Below are positions 62,498 to 64,000 of a DNA stretch of 64,000 nucleotides, one piece after another. The DNA is from a bacterium (GTDB taxonomy: Bacteria > 4484-113). Under the pieces are notes generated by a model. That model was not told the origin of the DNA. It saw only the letters and a program-made list of their open reading frames with translations, and did not search any database. The position numbers and the translations under genes are program-made. The DNA lies in contig JAGGTK010000072.1 of NCBI GenBank assembly GCA_021163765.1, positions 6,072 through 70,071 on the forward strand. The letters are read 5' to 3'. Every line of letters begins with the position of its first letter. Position 1 is the stretch's first letter.

Positions 62498-63815
62498 TCA
62501 GTTGATTCTCGTCACCAATGTCTTCAATACCAAACAGCAGGTTGTATTTGTCCATAAGCGGGAATGAGAGATAGGAGTTTGCCCGCGGGTTGTTCAAATC
62601 GTAAACGTCGCCGGTGAAGCTGAAGCCGCCGGTGGGAGAATAGTCAAATCCCAGGCCGAACTCCGATCGGAAGATGCCGCCGCGCAGCAGCACATCATCC
62701 GATAAATAGCGGCCCGCCTGCACGTTGACACCCACTTCATCCTGCGCCTCGTCGCCGATATTCTCCACGCCTAGGTCTAGCGCACTGTCACCCACGCGAA
62801 GCCGCGTCTTGACGTCAACGTAGGCGCTGTCAGACCGGTTCATCTGGTGGACGCTCTCGTTGCGCACGTTGACCTTGCCCTCAAAGCCCACCGGCCCGAT
62901 GTTGTCTATCTTCTCGTTCACCCGCTCCAGCGTTCCGCGCAGCGTGCGCAGCGTCACTTCTGCTTCCTCCAGCGTGCTCTTGGTCAGCGCTATACTCTCC
63001 TTGATATCCGCCTGCACCTGCTCGTCGCCGCTGATCTTGCCGACGTCGGCCGATATCCGGTTCACCTGGACGAGCAGCGTGTCAACCTGGTCGAGAATGC
63101 CTGTTAGCCGGTTGCCGAGGTCAGCGTCGGTCAGGGTCGCACGCAGGTCGCCGGTCATTGCGCTTACATCCTCACTCATGGCGTGCACATTCTCCATCGT
63201 CTCCGAAATTCGCCCTTCATTGGCGGCGAGAATCCTGTCTGCCCGCTGCATTACGGAATTCGCCGTCACCATAGTCTCTTCCATCTCGGTCGCGAGGCTC
63301 GTGATGATCCCGCCGAGCTTCTCCTCGCTAACGAAGTCCGTAACAACGTCCAGCAGGGTGTTTGCCTTCATAAGCGCGAGGTTGGCGTTGGATATCATAT
63401 CCGTCAGGCCCGGGTCGGGGATTCCCTGGAAAACGTCGCCATCTTCGGCGTCGCCCAGCAGAGGGTTGGGATTGGGGTTATCCTTGATGGCAAGGAACTT
63501 CTCTTCGATCAGGCCCTCGGACATAATGAAAAACTGGGCGTCTTTAGGAAAGCTCTTGCCCGCGAAGATATTCACTTCCCCGACTGCTATGCCGCGGTCC
63601 GAATCCAGCTCCATCTTGCTCACCCAGCCGATATCGGTTCCTGCGCGCTGCACGGCTGTGCCCTTCTTTATGCCACGGGCATCCTCGAACTCCACGATTA
63701 CCGAAAAACCTGATTCCCGGTTCAGTTCGAGGACCGCGCGGTACGCCATTACGGATAGGATGATTCCAATTACAACCACTAAGCCGACCTTTATCTGGTA
63801 TGAGAGGTCTTTCAT
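62472..63815 (-). CDS. MCE/MlaD-domain protein with a long helical region and a beta-rich C-terminal extension (447 aa)
   Basis: N-terminal TM plus MCE core FSVIVEFEDARGIKKGTAVQRAGTDIGWVSKMEL. C-terminus ...NLLFGIEDIGDENQLNAGVQLSF. Overlaps tamB by 26 nt and the upstream ABC gene by 4 nt. Confidence 0.75.
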   Translation of the reverse strand: MKDLSYQIKVGLVVVIGIILSVMAYRAVLELNRESGFSVIVEFEDARGIKKGTAVQRAGTDIGWVSKMELDSDRGIAVGEVNIFAGKSFPKDAQFFIMSEGLIEEKFLAIKDNPNPNPLLGDAEDGDVFQGIPDPGLTDMISNANLALMKANTLLDVVTDFVSEEKLGGIITSLATEMEETMVTANSVMQRADRILAANEGRISETMENVHAMSEDVSAMTGDLRATLTDADLGNRLTGILDQVDTLLVQVNRISADVGKISGDEQVQADIKESIALTKSTLEEAEVTLRTLRGTLERVNEKIDNIGPVGFEGKVNVRNESVHQMNRSDSAYVDVKTRLRVGDSALDLGVENIGDEAQDEVGVNVQAGRYLSDDVLLRGGIFRSEFGLGFDYSPTGGFSFTGDVYDLNNPRANSYLSFPLMDKYNLLFGIEDIGDENQLNAGVQLSF

Positions 63816-64000
63816 TGCGCTTCTCCTTTGGGAGTTCCATTTGCGTCAAACCCCTTGGATTGCATAAGCTTGCGGTACATCTCAACGTGCTCGCGCCAGC
63901 TTTTGGTAAACCTAGCCACCTGGGCGTCCTTGCTTGTAAGAAGGTGCCACGGCTCACCAACATCCTGCGCGATGCCGTCCTGCACCAAGAACACGTGCTC
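63812..64000 (-). CDS. ABC transporter ATP-binding protein, MlaF-like, C-terminal fragment (gene continues beyond window)
   Basis: The frame is open to the window edge. ...HVFLVQDGIAQDVGEPWHLLTSKDAQVARF resembles the C-terminal end of MlaF-type ATPases. The ATGA overlap with the MCE gene is typical of mlaF-E-D operons, although no permease gene lies between them here. Confidence 0.5.
   Translation of the reverse strand, partial: EHVFLVQDGIAQDVGEPWHLLTSKDAQVARFTKSWREHVEMYRKLMQSKGFDANGTPKGEAQ

Noticed and set aside
1-64000. Search by eye for CRISPR arrays, rRNA genes, IS elements, transposases, integrases, retron-like or group II intron reverse transcriptases.
   Set aside because: None was found. 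There are no regularly spaced 25-40-bp repeats and no ORF with DDE, tyrosine/serine recombinase or RT motifs. The only repeats seen are the two islet-flanking duplications and the heptamer arrays.

Overview
This is a visibly GC-rich chromosomal segment, judged by eye and not computed. The gene content points to a diderm bacterium: a futalosine-pathway menaquinone operon (mqnE-mqnA-mqnC), TamB and MCE/Mla envelope genes, and selA. The housekeeping backbone, in order: glycosyltransferase fragment, PaaK/F390-synthetase-like ligase, smc, ftsY, mqnECA, dnaN, a tandem-domain CsrA-like gene, maf, mnmG, selA, a miaB-type gene, mtnP, DUF488, an arsR-permease-FmdE-TauE-thioredoxin-ACR3 cluster, queA, an AmmeMemoRadiSam radical SAM gene, three tandem HtrA-like genes, proS, a GAF-GGDEF protein, tRNA-Met(CAT), a PD40 propeller protein, a small beta-barrel protein, tRNA-Gln(CTG), a LarA homolog, ybeY, corC, hutU, a lipoprotein, nth, a DEDDh exonuclease, a thioesterase, tamB, an mlaD-like gene and an mlaF fragment. 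Five short AT-richer islets interrupt this backbone, each abutting the 3' end of a core gene. (1) 14.5-16.7 kb: an uncharacterised two-gene module, a 66-aa acidic protein plus a 563-aa protein with a papain-like Q-C-H-D motif order, bounded by a diverged ~80-bp duplication of the mnmG 3' end. (2) 21.3-22.9 kb: HigB plus a HigA-HTH/ImmA-metallopeptidase fusion, bounded by a perfect 33-bp direct repeat. (3) 29.7-32.4 kb: a type II restriction-modification system with a controller protein and C-box. (4) 47.6-51.8 kb: a solitary 1399-aa type IIG restriction/methyltransferase. (5) 53.5-55.5 kb: a small DUF4065/Panacea-like protein plus a SAMHD1-like HD phosphohydrolase. I consider islets 1 and 5 the best candidates for an undescribed system. 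Other notable observations are a single-chain asymmetric CsrA pseudo-dimer, an active HtrA flanked by two triad-dead paralogs, CTGANNN heptamer arrays flanking tRNA-Met, and several gene remnants. No CRISPR array, rRNA, transposase or integrase was seen. All functional calls come from motif recognition by eye; no database search was run.
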